From an uncultured Actinomycetota bacterium (GTDB lineage: Bacteria > Actinomycetota > Humimicrobiia > Humimicrobiales > Humimicrobiaceae), in NCBI GenBank assembly GCA_964556165.1, contig CAZKVH010000005.1, positions 1,269 to 65,268 of the forward strand: a DNA stretch of 64,000 bases, written 5' to 3'. Position 1 is the first letter of the stretch; each line of letters starts with the position of its first letter. Shown in pieces: positions 51,671 through 61,640 of this stretch. The notes under the pieces were generated by a model, which saw only the letters and a program-made list of their open reading frames with translations, was not told where the DNA came from and searched no databases. The translations under genes were made by a program, and so were the position numbers.

Positions 51671-51884
51671 TAAAGATAAAAAAATAATAACTTTTTTTGT
51701 AATACTGTCCTATTTGATTATTTTAAATAATAATTCTTCAAACGTATTCCAATTATTATCTAAATTAACAAGGTCATGCTATTTGCTTATGAACTATATA
51801 TTATTTATATTATGATCAATAAATTGTATTGTTTTCGGGTGTTAAATATAAGTAAGCTACATAACAAAACGCCAGATTAATATT

Positions 51885-51925
51885 TAAAAAAAGAAAGACC
51901 AAGCTAGCAATTTGGTCTTCTTCTA
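51885..51925. terminator. bidirectional intrinsic terminator (AGACCAA-loop-TTGGTCT) with T-runs on both strands
   Basis: Hairpin at 51894-51919 flanked by AAAAAAAG upstream and TCTTCT..TTTTT downstream. Sits ~125 nt past the stop of the 52046..53260 gene and ~215 nt past the 51323..51670 gene. Confidence 0.55.
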
Positions 51926-52045
51926 ATTATTTTTATGAAATAATTTATAAAAACTATGCACCAATACCCACTATTACTCCTCTCATTTCAAGTTAAAAAA
52001 CAATATTAATTCATTATAACAAAATAATCAACAATTAAAAGCAAT

Positions 52046-53260
52046 TCAAATAACAGTAGACCATTGAGCTCTCACAGTCCCATAAAAATCATTTTCGTTA
52101 TAATAAAAGGTAGTATAGATAATAGATTCCTCAGTTTTTTGAAATTTCATTTCCCTGCCGAAAGATGCGTGTTCTTCTATTGAAGATGACCTGGTTAAAA
52201 AAGGTTCCTTTCTAAATTTATAACCGTTCTCAACTATTAAACTTAAATTGATTGAATCAAGCAATCCATAAGTACTCTGAATCCTAAGTTCATAATAATC
52301 TTGGTGCTTGTTTTCAACTTTATAAAGCAAAGGATATCCCCACGCAAATTCATATTCTATTATATCTTCTGATTTAAGGGATTTAACTGGCAATTTATCA
52401 AAAGATGGAAACTCGAACAATAAAGGTATTTTTTTATCTTCTCGACCTATTCTTTCTTTAACATTAAAAGGAATATTAACTCTTTTATCATTAATACTCT
52501 TGATAAGAGTAGCGAAAAAGTGTTTGGTAGGCTTTTCAGAAGGAGTATTCCTAATCATCTTATTAAACTCTGGTAAGGATTTATTACCAACATTTAAGTA
52601 GATTAAATGATCTATGCCTTTGAATTCATCGGCATCCAATATGGTGACTTTACTATGAACTTCCGCAATAGCTGTACCGTTATTATATAAATATAAAGTT
52701 TTATCAAGTGAATTTTGCTTGTATGGATGTATTGAGCGTCTTTCAGTTTCTTCTATTAATTTTTTTCTGAAATCAATTAAATATTCTGCTAATATCTCTC
52801 TTAGATAGCCTGATTTAGATTTAAGAACCTTATCCCTCTCAAATTCCATCAGCTTAAGTCTACGTATTACTATTAGACCAATATCCCGAGGTTCTGGATT
52901 TATTCCTTTTTCATACATACCTGCACAGGTCTTTTTGGAAAAACTATACTTCCTTCCCATAGCAAAAGAAGATTCACTTATTACCATTGCTGGTGGTAAA
53001 ATATATTTCTTATTCTTAGCGTCAAGAGCATTATATCTTTTTGTAAAAATAGCAAAAATACCAGCACTTTCGTGAATGTTTTTTTGTATCTGTTCATCTA
53101 AAAAATCAACATTTTTATGTTCCCCTACAATATATGGGTCAAAACCAAATTCAGGTTTTTTTATAAAATCGATTATTTTCTTAATTAGAGATTTATCCTC
53201 TTCATCATAACTAAAAGCAACAAAAATTTTAATCTTTTCTTTTTTATCTTGAGTAATCAT
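52046..53260 (-). CDS. TIR-like (flavodoxin-fold) N-terminal domain protein with uncharacterised ~280-aa C-terminal domain
   Basis: N-terminus KIFVAFSYDEEDKSLIKKIIDFIKK..FDPYIVGEH..ESAGIFAIFTKRY follows the TIR/DUF1863 beta-A-alpha-A-beta-B pattern. The C-terminal domain has no motif I recognise. Isolated transcription unit with AT-rich flanks. Confidence 0.35.
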   Translation of the reverse strand: MITQDKKEKIKIFVAFSYDEEDKSLIKKIIDFIKKPEFGFDPYIVGEHKNVDFLDEQIQKNIHESAGIFAIFTKRYNALDAKNKKYILPPAMVISESSFAMGRKYSFSKKTCAGMYEKGINPEPRDIGLIVIRRLKLMEFERDKVLKSKSGYLREILAEYLIDFRKKLIEETERRSIHPYKQNSLDKTLYLYNNGTAIAEVHSKVTILDADEFKGIDHLIYLNVGNKSLPEFNKMIRNTPSEKPTKHFFATLIKSINDKRVNIPFNVKERIGREDKKIPLLFEFPSFDKLPVKSLKSEDIIEYEFAWGYPLLYKVENKHQDYYELRIQSTYGLLDSINLSLIVENGYKFRKEPFLTRSSSIEEHASFGREMKFQKTEESIIYTTFYYNENDFYGTVRAQWSTVI

Positions 53261-53541
53261 TAAAATTGCAAAGTTTATTGTATAAACAAATATTAATAAA
53301 CCATATAAGATAGAAATATAAAAAATTTTTTAATATATTATCTTAAAAAAAAATAAAAGTCAAAATTTTAAAATTTCAATATTCTTTGACGATATTTTCT
53401 TTGTTGTTGGTTATATCTTACAAGAAATAAATGTAAGACAAAAACTATTAAAACAGATACTAAGGTGAATAAAATAAAAAAAATACAATCGCCACTTTTT
53501 TCAAAGCAAAAGAAGAAATTGCTTAAAATTCTTTAGTCCCT

Positions 53542-54210
53542 TTAAGATTTACCAAACCTTTTAATCATCTCAAGGTCTACTCCCCTATAGCTATCGATTA
53601 CCAAATCAGCAATCCCTAAATCTTTAGCAGCATATGTATTTGTTATCGCTATGCAATTCATACCGGCACTTTTTGCAGCCGTTACACCTGCGATAGTATC
53701 TTCAAAAACAACGCATTCAGAGGGTTTTACATTAAAAATACTTGCACCCAGCAGGTAAATTTCAGGGTCGGGCTTTACTTTTTTTATATTATCCCTTGAA
53801 AGTTTGAGGTCAAAGTAGGGCGCAAGGTTCAATTTCTCAAATATTATATCAACCTCCCTGACCCTGCTGTTTGTGGCAAGTCCTATTTTAAAATTTCCTT
53901 TTATCATTTCGAGAAGGTCGTATATATAAGGTACAGGAACAACCTCTTTCCTTAAATTCCTGACATAGCGCTCCTTTAGCGTATTTTTTATACTCTGTTT
54001 ATACTCAATACCCCTGCTTTCCAGTATTATCTTTATCGATTCTTTCCATATAAGCCCATAAAATAATTTTTCTTCTGAGGAGGCTAAGATAATATTCCTT
54101 TTTGCCATAAAATCCCTTGTAACTTTCCAGAGTATCTTTTCACTATCTGCAATTGTCCCGTCCATATCAAAAAAAACAGCTTTAATCATTGACGACCTTT
54201 CTAAATACAT
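53542..54210 (-). CDS. HAD-superfamily hydrolase (beta-phosphoglucomutase-like subfamily IA)
   Basis: Motif I FDMDGT, motif II TNS, and C-terminal FEDTIAG. Confidence 0.8.
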   Translation of the reverse strand: MYLERSSMIKAVFFDMDGTIADSEKILWKVTRDFMAKRNIILASSEEKLFYGLIWKESIKIILESRGIEYKQSIKNTLKERYVRNLRKEVVPVPYIYDLLEMIKGNFKIGLATNSRVREVDIIFEKLNLAPYFDLKLSRDNIKKVKPDPEIYLLGASIFNVKPSECVVFEDTIAGVTAAKSAGMNCIAITNTYAAKDLGIADLVIDSYRGVDLEMIKRFGKS

Positions 54211-54666
54211 AACTAAATCGAATCAAATTATACTTAAAATTTGGGATTTTTAAATAACATTTTGTAATGTCATCAGTTGATTAACACTTTGGATAATTTT
54301 TCATACCTCTGCTTAATGCACTTTTCTAAAGAATCTTTTGTCCTCGAGTTTCACACAGATTATGTTTTACACCCCAAATAATCTATTTATATATTGAGGA
54401 CATTATTTTTATACATTATTAATTTTGCCCTATAATCTTCAAGCTCTTCTTTAGAAAAGCCCTCAAGCGTAAAGTCTATTTATTAAACTTATGGAACACC
54501 AATTAATAAAAGAAAACTGACTTTAGCTAAAAGAAAGGTTAATTTATAATTCCGTTAGTTCTGTATCAAAACAGGAATTAGTGGTTTCTACTCACTTCTG
54601 TTTTTCCATCTTAATTGCACTCTGAGTCATCAATTTCTGATACACTGTAATATAATACTACTTATA

Positions 54667-55122
54667 TTACTCATAACTTTTAAGTATAGATTCTATAATA
54701 TCTGCACGTGTTATTATTCCTACCAGTGTATTTTCTTTATCCAGTACCGGCACCCTGTTAATCTTATTATTAAGCATAACATTTACAACTTTTGACAATG
54801 GTTCATCTTCTTTAACAGTCCTTACCGTCCTGGTCATTACATCTTCAACTTTTGTTTTTAAGTACTCTTCTGTACTTTTCGTATAGGTTTCGTATTTATT
54901 CATAAAACTGTAACTAAAAGAAATAGGCAGGGGCAGACTTGATTCCTTTAAAATGATATCTCCTTCTGTAATGATACCAACAATAACTTTTTTTTCATCA
55001 ACAACAGGTACACCTGAAATCTTTTTCTTTATAAGCAGCTTAGCTAGATCACCAACAGTAGAATCCTTATCTATGGTAATTACTTTTTTTGTCATAATAT
55101 CTTTTGCAAAAAGCTCTTTCAT
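54667..55122 (-). CDS. CBS domain pair protein
   Basis: 151 aa with two CBS motifs (..IMTKKVITI.., ..VMTRTVRTV..). Downstream of the antiporter gene. Confidence 0.8.
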   Translation of the reverse strand: MKELFAKDIMTKKVITIDKDSTVGDLAKLLIKKKISGVPVVDEKKVIVGIITEGDIILKESSLPLPISFSYSFMNKYETYTKSTEEYLKTKVEDVMTRTVRTVKEDEPLSKVVNVMLNNKINRVPVLDKENTLVGIITRADIIESILKSYE

Positions 55123-55157
55123 TTTATCCTTAATTCACCTATTCATTGTATGATTGT

Positions 55158-56405
55158 TTAATCTTTTTTATAAGCCTCACCAGACTTAACCAGAGCGAGC
55201 TTAATCAATGGCGGTGAAATCAGCTCGTTTATTATCACTGATGTTATTATACCATTTATAAATACATTGGCGATATTGGCATCAATTAAAGGAATATGCT
55301 CCTTTATCAGCAATGCTAACCCCATGGTTACACCCGCTTTGGGAAAAAGCCCGAATGTTAAATATTTCTTAAAGATTGCCGGTGACTTAGAAACCGAAGT
55401 TCCAATAATAACCCCCACAAATTTTCCTAAAAATCTACTGATAACTAAGACTAAAGCTATGATTCCAGAAATTTTTAATATAGTATAATCGAAATGCGCG
55501 CCGGCTAAAGTAAAAAACATAGCAAAGATTACACCTTCAATGTCGTGTACTGCCTCAAACATTTTTTCACTCTCAACCATTCTGTTTACTACAATAAAAC
55601 CCATAACCATATTTGCCAGAATATTCGAAAACCCCAGTGCATCAGAAAGCCCTGTGCATAAAAAAACTGTGCCCAGGACTATAACCATCATCTGCGGCAT
55701 CTTTTTTACAAATTTACCTACAAAAGTCAGCCCAAAACCTAAAAGCGTTCCTAAAGCTATTGCCCCAAATATATCAATAATGGGGGTCAGAAACATTTTA
55801 TATAATGATATATTGCTTAATCCTATTATTAGTGAGTCAGCGATATTCGCGCCAATTGAATAAGCGATAACTGCTATAGCATCATCCAGCACAATTATTG
55901 CCAAAAGAGCAACTGTAAATGGACCAGTTGCTCTATATTCATGAATAACCGCTATAGTTGCAGCAGGAGCAGTGGCACAGGATATAGCTCCAATAATTAT
56001 AGCAATAGGCAGGCACGAAATAATAGTAGGTGTACTTACTCCATCAAGCCTTATCAAAAAAGGACAGAGAAAAGCTATTATTGCAGTTACGAATACCCAC
56101 GCGCCCATTGCTTGATAAAATGTAATTATAGAAATACTCTTACCAAATTGCTTTAGCCTTTTAAGATATAATCCTCCTCCCACCAGGTATCCAATTATTC
56201 CAAGACTAATCTCTGTAATTATGTTTAATTCCCCTTCAATTAATTCCCTGGGGATAATACCTGACAAGCTTAAAATTATACCTACTATGATAAATCCGCT
56301 TATAGTTGGGAAGTTAACCTTTCGAGCTACCAGGCCTCCAAAGAAACCAATTACCAAAAATATCCCAATGGTAAGAACGACATTAAATTCAAAATTAAAT
56401 TCCAT
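55158..56405 (-). CDS. monovalent cation:proton antiporter (CPA2/Kef-type membrane domain)
   Basis: 415 aa, about 12 TM helices, Na+/H+ exchanger family pattern. Paired with the CBS protein. Confidence 0.75.
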   Translation of the reverse strand: MEFNFEFNVVLTIGIFLVIGFFGGLVARKVNFPTISGFIIVGIILSLSGIIPRELIEGELNIITEISLGIIGYLVGGGLYLKRLKQFGKSISIITFYQAMGAWVFVTAIIAFLCPFLIRLDGVSTPTIISCLPIAIIIGAISCATAPAATIAVIHEYRATGPFTVALLAIIVLDDAIAVIAYSIGANIADSLIIGLSNISLYKMFLTPIIDIFGAIALGTLLGFGLTFVGKFVKKMPQMMVIVLGTVFLCTGLSDALGFSNILANMVMGFIVVNRMVESEKMFEAVHDIEGVIFAMFFTLAGAHFDYTILKISGIIALVLVISRFLGKFVGVIIGTSVSKSPAIFKKYLTFGLFPKAGVTMGLALLIKEHIPLIDANIANVFINGIITSVIINELISPPLIKLALVKSGEAYKKD

Positions 56406-56487
56406 ATTATTTTATAATAAATATGTTAAATGGCCCTTTTCGTAACTTAGTATTATACCACAACATATAGTCCAATCTTAAAATTTC

Positions 56488-56670
56488 TTATTTTTTTCTT
56501 AATTCTGCCACTTTTTCTGTAATAAACTCATATACATTACCGGAGTACTTCTCTATATGATATCTTATAATCGTTTTTGTTTCCCCTTTTCGAAGGACTA
56601 TAAGAACTCCGGTTACAATCCCCGGCTGCATAACAATCATGATATAGCCAGATATATCTGAATTAATCAT
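56488..56670 (-). CDS. small hypothetical protein (60 aa)
   Basis: ORF only. One hydrophobic stretch and no recognisable domain. Confidence 0.25.
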   Translation of the reverse strand: MINSDISGYIMIVMQPGIVTGVLIVLRKGETKTIIRYHIEKYSGNVYEFITEKVAELRKK

Positions 56671-56776
56671 AAATGAGATTTTTGTTATATCTTATTATTT
56701 AAGTTTCCAATCATTTTTTATATAATTTCATCCGGTGCCTAATTGACATGAAAGTTTTAAACAGGAAAGGTTTGAT

Positions 56777-57667
56777 ATGAAAACTGATATGGAGTGTATT
56801 CCATGTATAATAAACCAGTGTATCACTACATTGAATCTGACTGGCTGCAGGGAAAAATTAAAAAGAGAAGCACTAAAAAAGCTGCTAAACATACTATCGG
56901 AAGTAGATTATGATGCTTCTCCTGCATATAATTCTGATTTTGCCTATTCGGTGGCAAGGGAATTCACCGGAGTTAAGGACCCTTATCATAATTTAAAGAA
57001 GAAATATAACCGTATTGCACTGGAATTTTATCCTTCGCTAAAACAAATGGTCGAGTCGTCCGCAGACAGGTTATATACCGCTGCAAAAATATCCGTCGGG
57101 GGAAATATAATTGACTTTGGAATTAATATAAATAAGGGGAAAACACTGGATTTTAATAAAATTTTAAATGACATAAAAAATATACCCTTTGCAGCCGATG
57201 ACTATAAGGAATTCAGGAAATCACTTGATGAATCCGAAAATATTTTATATTTAAGCGATAATGCTGGTGAAATTGTTTTTGACAGAGTTCTAATAGAAGA
57301 GCTCGTCAGGATGAAAAAGAAAGTTATCCTGTCTGTTAAATCAGGTCCCGTTACAAATGATGCCACCATAGAAGATGCAAAGGAAGCCGGCCTTCTAGAT
57401 ATTGTCAGGATCATTGGAACAGGAAATGACAGAATCGGTGTAAATTTTGAAAGCTCATCGGTTGAATTTCTAAGAGAGTTTAAAAAAGCAGAGCTTATAA
57501 TTGCCAAAGGGCAGGGGAATTTAGAAAGCCTTGATAATGTTGAAGCAAATACCTTTTTTATATTGAGAGCTAAATGTGGAAAAATTGCCAGAGCCCTGGA
57601 GGTAAATCACATGGATATTGCTCTTGAAAAAAGAAAACCCAAATGGGGAAGTAGAAAGATTAAGTAA
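56777..57667 (+). CDS. DUF89 (ARMT1-like damage-control phosphatase) family protein
   Basis: N-terminal CIPC..NQC motif, conserved DNAGE metal site (YLSDNAGEIVFD), 296 aa. Confidence 0.7.
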   Translation: MKTDMECIPCIINQCITTLNLTGCREKLKREALKKLLNILSEVDYDASPAYNSDFAYSVAREFTGVKDPYHNLKKKYNRIALEFYPSLKQMVESSADRLYTAAKISVGGNIIDFGININKGKTLDFNKILNDIKNIPFAADDYKEFRKSLDESENILYLSDNAGEIVFDRVLIEELVRMKKKVILSVKSGPVTNDATIEDAKEAGLLDIVRIIGTGNDRIGVNFESSSVEFLREFKKAELIIAKGQGNLESLDNVEANTFFILRAKCGKIARALEVNHMDIALEKRKPKWGSRKIK

Positions 57668-57874
57668 AAACTCCCTGAACTTCTTATTGTATTTAATACC
57701 TTTTTAAAAAATAATATGCTACAAATGTTACATATTGATAAATATTTATTTATATTAGATAATCAATAATACTTTGTAATTATTTACTGATAGTTGCATA
57801 AAATTGCAAGATAATTTAGACCAGCATTTTAATGTTCTTTAACATATTTAAAACTTACTGCAAGGGAGTATAAA

Positions 57875-59209
57875 ATGGATAAGAAAAAACTTTATATTAT
57901 AATCGGTATACTGTCTGCTCTGATAGTAATCTTAGCAGTTGTAGCTTTCTTACTTTTTTATACTCCTATAATATCCAATATTTTCGAAAAGAAAACCGCA
58001 GAGGAAAAAGAAGCTGAAGAAGTAGTTTCAGAAGAAGAAGAGGAAGAAGAAACTGAAAAATTAGATACAAGTGAGGCTGAAGAGGAAGAAGAAACTACAA
58101 CTACTGAGGAAGAGGAAGAAGAAGAAGAAGAGGAAGTAGCTACAACTACTGAAGAGGAAGAAGAGGAGGAAAAGACAGCCCCAACCATCAGCGTTGAAGT
58201 ATACGAAGGACCTACTTATTCAGCATCAGACAGTATTTGCTTTTACAGGGTTAAGGCAACTGTAACAGGAAATCCTTCCCCGAGCGTTACCTGGAGCAAG
58301 GATGATAGCGGCGGATCATGGGGTACCAGAAAAGCCCAGGTTAATATTACAAGTCCTGATGAGACCTATAACCTTACTGCTACTGCCACTAATTCAGAAG
58401 GGACTGCAACTGATTATATCGTAATACCATGGGGATGCCCCATACCAAACAACCCTCCTGAAATATCTGAAATAACTGTAATGGGAACTAAATATATAGA
58501 TAGAACATACAGCCTGGGAGTCAGCGCCTCTGATACGGATGGGGATAGTCTTATATACAACTGGACTGTTACCGGTGGGACAATAGATAACCCACATGCA
58601 CAGAATATTAACTGGACCACTCCTTCTGAGTGCGGAGATTATAAAGTTACAGTTACAGTGTCTGATGGTAAAGGAGGAGAAGACAGTAAGTCTGAAGATA
58701 TATACGTTCACTTCTATTATGATGTACTGGGAAAAGCTCCCTATGCTGACTGGCAAAATGGTTCTGCTGTAAACGATCTATGGAATGTGGGTTTGGATGA
58801 CTCCCGTGGATTTGCATGTTACAGGACTAATATAACATTAGAGGATGGTAATACTTATCCCAGAGTACTTGAAATCCATCCCGAGTGGACCAGTGAGGGC
58901 AGTATAGCAGGATTCTACCCTGATGATATTACTATACCGGAAGGAGCAAGGTTTAGAGCGGAGATTGGTTTTATAGAAGGAGCAACCGGAACTGATGGTG
59001 TGGATTTTGATATTTTTATTTATGAAGGTGGACTTATTGCTACATTGGTAGCAGTACCCTCTCATACTTATGATGGAGCTTTAGATAGCTTAGATATTGA
59101 TCTTAGCCCATATGCTGGAAGATCAGGACAGGTTGTACTACTTATTAGAGCCTGCTCAACTTCTGCACAGGACTGGGCAGTCCTTGTTAACCCGAGGATA
59201 GAAAATTAG
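57875..59209 (+). CDS. membrane-anchored surface protein: N-terminal TM, poly-Glu/Thr low-complexity stalk, two PKD/Ig-like domains, C-terminal unknown domain
   Basis: TM ILSALIVILAVVAFLLFY. Acidic tract EEEEEEETEK..TTTTEEEEEEEEEEVATTTEEEEEEEK. PKD consensus SDTDGDSLIYNWTVTGG..GDYKVTVTVSDGKGG. Confidence 0.7.
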   Translation: MDKKKLYIIIGILSALIVILAVVAFLLFYTPIISNIFEKKTAEEKEAEEVVSEEEEEEETEKLDTSEAEEEEETTTTEEEEEEEEEEVATTTEEEEEEEKTAPTISVEVYEGPTYSASDSICFYRVKATVTGNPSPSVTWSKDDSGGSWGTRKAQVNITSPDETYNLTATATNSEGTATDYIVIPWGCPIPNNPPEISEITVMGTKYIDRTYSLGVSASDTDGDSLIYNWTVTGGTIDNPHAQNINWTTPSECGDYKVTVTVSDGKGGEDSKSEDIYVHFYYDVLGKAPYADWQNGSAVNDLWNVGLDDSRGFACYRTNITLEDGNTYPRVLEIHPEWTSEGSIAGFYPDDITIPEGARFRAEIGFIEGATGTDGVDFDIFIYEGGLIATLVAVPSHTYDGALDSLDIDLSPYAGRSGQVVLLIRACSTSAQDWAVLVNPRIEN

Positions 59210-59235
59210 AAAATAAAAAATTGCCTTAAATAAAA

Positions 59236-60210
59236 TTATAAATTTACCGAAGACAGGGAATACCTTATTTTTTCTGTATCCGCTTCATCCATAACAAAAT
59301 CTCCTGCTTTAGCAATTTCTCTTGCCTGAGACTCATCTCTTGCACCGCATAATGCCACCACTCCACCACCAGAAATCAACGCTGCCACAGAAAGCTGCAA
59401 AATAGAAACCCCATATTTTTCAGCAACAGGTTTAAAATCTTTTTCTAAAATTGATTGCATAAGCTTCCTGTTAGCCACACTAAACCTGGGGTTATTTTTT
59501 CTTAAATCGTCACCCTTAAATTCTCTTTCCGGCCCTAGTTTACCAGTTAAAAGACCCTGTGCCATCGAACTATAAGCCAGCATGGTTACTTTATTCTCTT
59601 TGCACCATGGGAGAATTTCCTTCTCTACTTCTATATCTATAAGACTATACTTCTCCTGGTCAACATCCAGTTGCCCGAATCTTTCATATTGTTTTAGCTC
59701 CTCAAGGGAAGCGTTACTTGCTCCAATAGCCCTGATTTTACCTTCTTTTTTTAAGTCCATTAATGCTCCCATTGTATCCTCGATAGGAGTGGTAATATCC
59801 TGCCAGTGTGTCTGGTAAACATCTATATAATTAATATTAAGCCTTTTTAAGCTTTCCTCTACCTCATACCTTATGGATTCAGGCGCTAAATACTTATGCA
59901 CCTGCTGGCCCGAAGGATAATCAAAATGATGTTCCCCCTTTTTAATATGCCATACAAGTCCGCATTTTGTAGCAATAACAACCCTGTCCCTTTTACTCCT
60001 TATGGCCCTGCCAACGATTCTTTCCGAAACACCCTGTCCGTAAGCAGGTGCGGTATCAATAAGGTTTATTCCCGAGTCAATAGCCGCCTCTATAGCGCGA
60101 ACAGACCTTTTCTCATCGGTACCTCCCCACATCCATCCGCCTATCGCCCAGGTCCCCAGGCCAATAACCGAAACTTTTATATCTGTCTTGCCTAAAGTAA
60201 TGAATTGCAT
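59236..60210 (-). CDS. aldo/keto reductase
   Basis: 324 aa AKR TIM barrel (IDTAPAYG, catalytic Y/K/H context). Confidence 0.85.
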   Translation of the reverse strand: MQFITLGKTDIKVSVIGLGTWAIGGWMWGGTDEKRSVRAIEAAIDSGINLIDTAPAYGQGVSERIVGRAIRSKRDRVVIATKCGLVWHIKKGEHHFDYPSGQQVHKYLAPESIRYEVEESLKRLNINYIDVYQTHWQDITTPIEDTMGALMDLKKEGKIRAIGASNASLEELKQYERFGQLDVDQEKYSLIDIEVEKEILPWCKENKVTMLAYSSMAQGLLTGKLGPEREFKGDDLRKNNPRFSVANRKLMQSILEKDFKPVAEKYGVSILQLSVAALISGGGVVALCGARDESQAREIAKAGDFVMDEADTEKIRYSLSSVNL

Positions 60211-60246
60211 ATTGCCTCCATTATAATTGATTTTGCATTATAAATT

Positions 60247-60300
60247 AAGAAAGCCCGGACATAAATCCTGGTGATTTTGCCCGGGCTTTCCTTTAAATAT
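60247..60300 (-). terminator. GC-rich hairpin terminator downstream of pfk
   Basis: GAAAGCCCGG..(loop)..CCGGGCTTTC stem at 60248-60289 with A/T-rich flanks. About 100 nt after the pfk stop. Confidence 0.55.
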
Positions 60301-60394
60301 TATTCTTTTAGAGAATCACGTATTTATATACTTTAGCCCTTCTTCTTTATTCATATGCTTTAATCTCTGCTTTATGGCTAAAGACTTATTTCCA

Positions 60395-61426
60395 CTAATT
60401 AAAAATTTTTGATATTTCGTAAAGCTCCATGTCAAGTGGCTTTTCTTCATCTATTGCCTTTGCCAGCGATACAGAACCGACTCTTCCATTTTCTATTACT
60501 GCCATCTCTCCGAACTTTCCTTCATGTACAAGCTCCACTGCCTTTACCCCCAGCTTTATAGCAACAAGCCTGTCAAAAGCTGAAGCCCTGCCGCCTCTCT
60601 GCAGATGACCCAGAATTGTGACCCTCGTGCTGTAGCCAGTTCTTTTCTCGATTTCCTTTGCAATGACATTCCCTACCCCGCCAAGCCTTACATGTCCGAA
60701 ACTGTCAACTTCGCCGCTGGAAGATACCTGGCCTTCAATCTCTGCAGGTTTAGCACCTTCTGCAACAGCTATAATACAGAAGTCCTGCCCTCTTTCTTTT
60801 CTTCTCTCAATTGTTTCTATTATCTCCTCGTATTCAAAAGGAACTTCCGGTACTAAAATAATATCTGCCCCTCCGGCAATTCCGCCATCAAGAGCAAGGC
60901 ATCCTGAATCTCTTCCCATAATCTCCACTATCATTATCCTGTGATGCGAATATGATGTAGTATGAAGTTTGTCAATGCAGTCAGTAACAACCTCAAGAGC
61001 TGTTGCATAACCAATTGAATAATCGGAATGAGCAATATCATTGTCTATAGTTTGCGGAACGCCAACTCCTTTTATCCCATACTGGGTCAGTCTTGTTATA
61101 ACTCCATTTGTATCGTCGCCGCCCATAGTTATTATCGCGTCGATTTCAAGTTTCTTTATATTTTTCTTAACTTTCTCAACCCCGTTTTCTATCTTAAAGG
61201 GATTGGTCCTGGAAGTACCGAGTATCGTACCGCCTTCAGCATGTATACCCGAAACCGATTCCCTGGTAAGTTCCTCTGCCCGTCCCTTAATCAGGCCGTC
61301 CCATCCGTCTTTTATGCCCAGCACCCTGTAACCATACTGCTGTGCTTTTGCAAAGATAGCCTTTGTTGCTGCATTTATTGCAGAAGAATCTCCGCCGCCT
61401 GTTAAAACACCTATTTTTTTAATCAT
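60395..61426 (-). CDS. pfkA: 6-phosphofructokinase, short (343 aa) form; residues suggest PPi-dependence
   Basis: GGDDTNG, against the ATP-PFK GGDGS (Gly104 equivalent is Asp). PQTIDND, against PGTIDND (Gly124 equivalent is Gln). ppdK is also in this window. Confidence 0.85.
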   Translation of the reverse strand: MIKKIGVLTGGGDSSAINAATKAIFAKAQQYGYRVLGIKDGWDGLIKGRAEELTRESVSGIHAEGGTILGTSRTNPFKIENGVEKVKKNIKKLEIDAIITMGGDDTNGVITRLTQYGIKGVGVPQTIDNDIAHSDYSIGYATALEVVTDCIDKLHTTSYSHHRIMIVEIMGRDSGCLALDGGIAGGADIILVPEVPFEYEEIIETIERRKERGQDFCIIAVAEGAKPAEIEGQVSSSGEVDSFGHVRLGGVGNVIAKEIEKRTGYSTRVTILGHLQRGGRASAFDRLVAIKLGVKAVELVHEGKFGEMAVIENGRVGSVSLAKAIDEEKPLDMELYEISKIFN

Positions 61427-61640
61427 GCTTATCCCTTTCTACTGTTAAAATTCTTTTCAATTTAATACAAAAATAACTTTGCATTATATCTTCCCTTCTC
61501 TCATAACGTTAAAACTCAAATATGCCCTGACGATTAATATACTCTGAATCAAAATAAAACAGCGAAACTATAAAAAATATAAAAAGTATAGATATAAAAA
61601 AATACCCAGATTTAAAATTATAATAATTTTAGCTTCAGTA

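Noticed and set aside
40423-53541. Considered calling the island a prophage or ICE
   Set aside because: No integrase, relaxase, capsid/terminase or T4SS genes. The content is pilus, toxin-antitoxin and defence-like cargo only. It is called an accessory island without a mobility mechanism.
56488-56670. 60-aa ORF considered as a regulator of the antiporter
   Set aside because: No recognisable domain. Kept only as a low-confidence hypothetical CDS.
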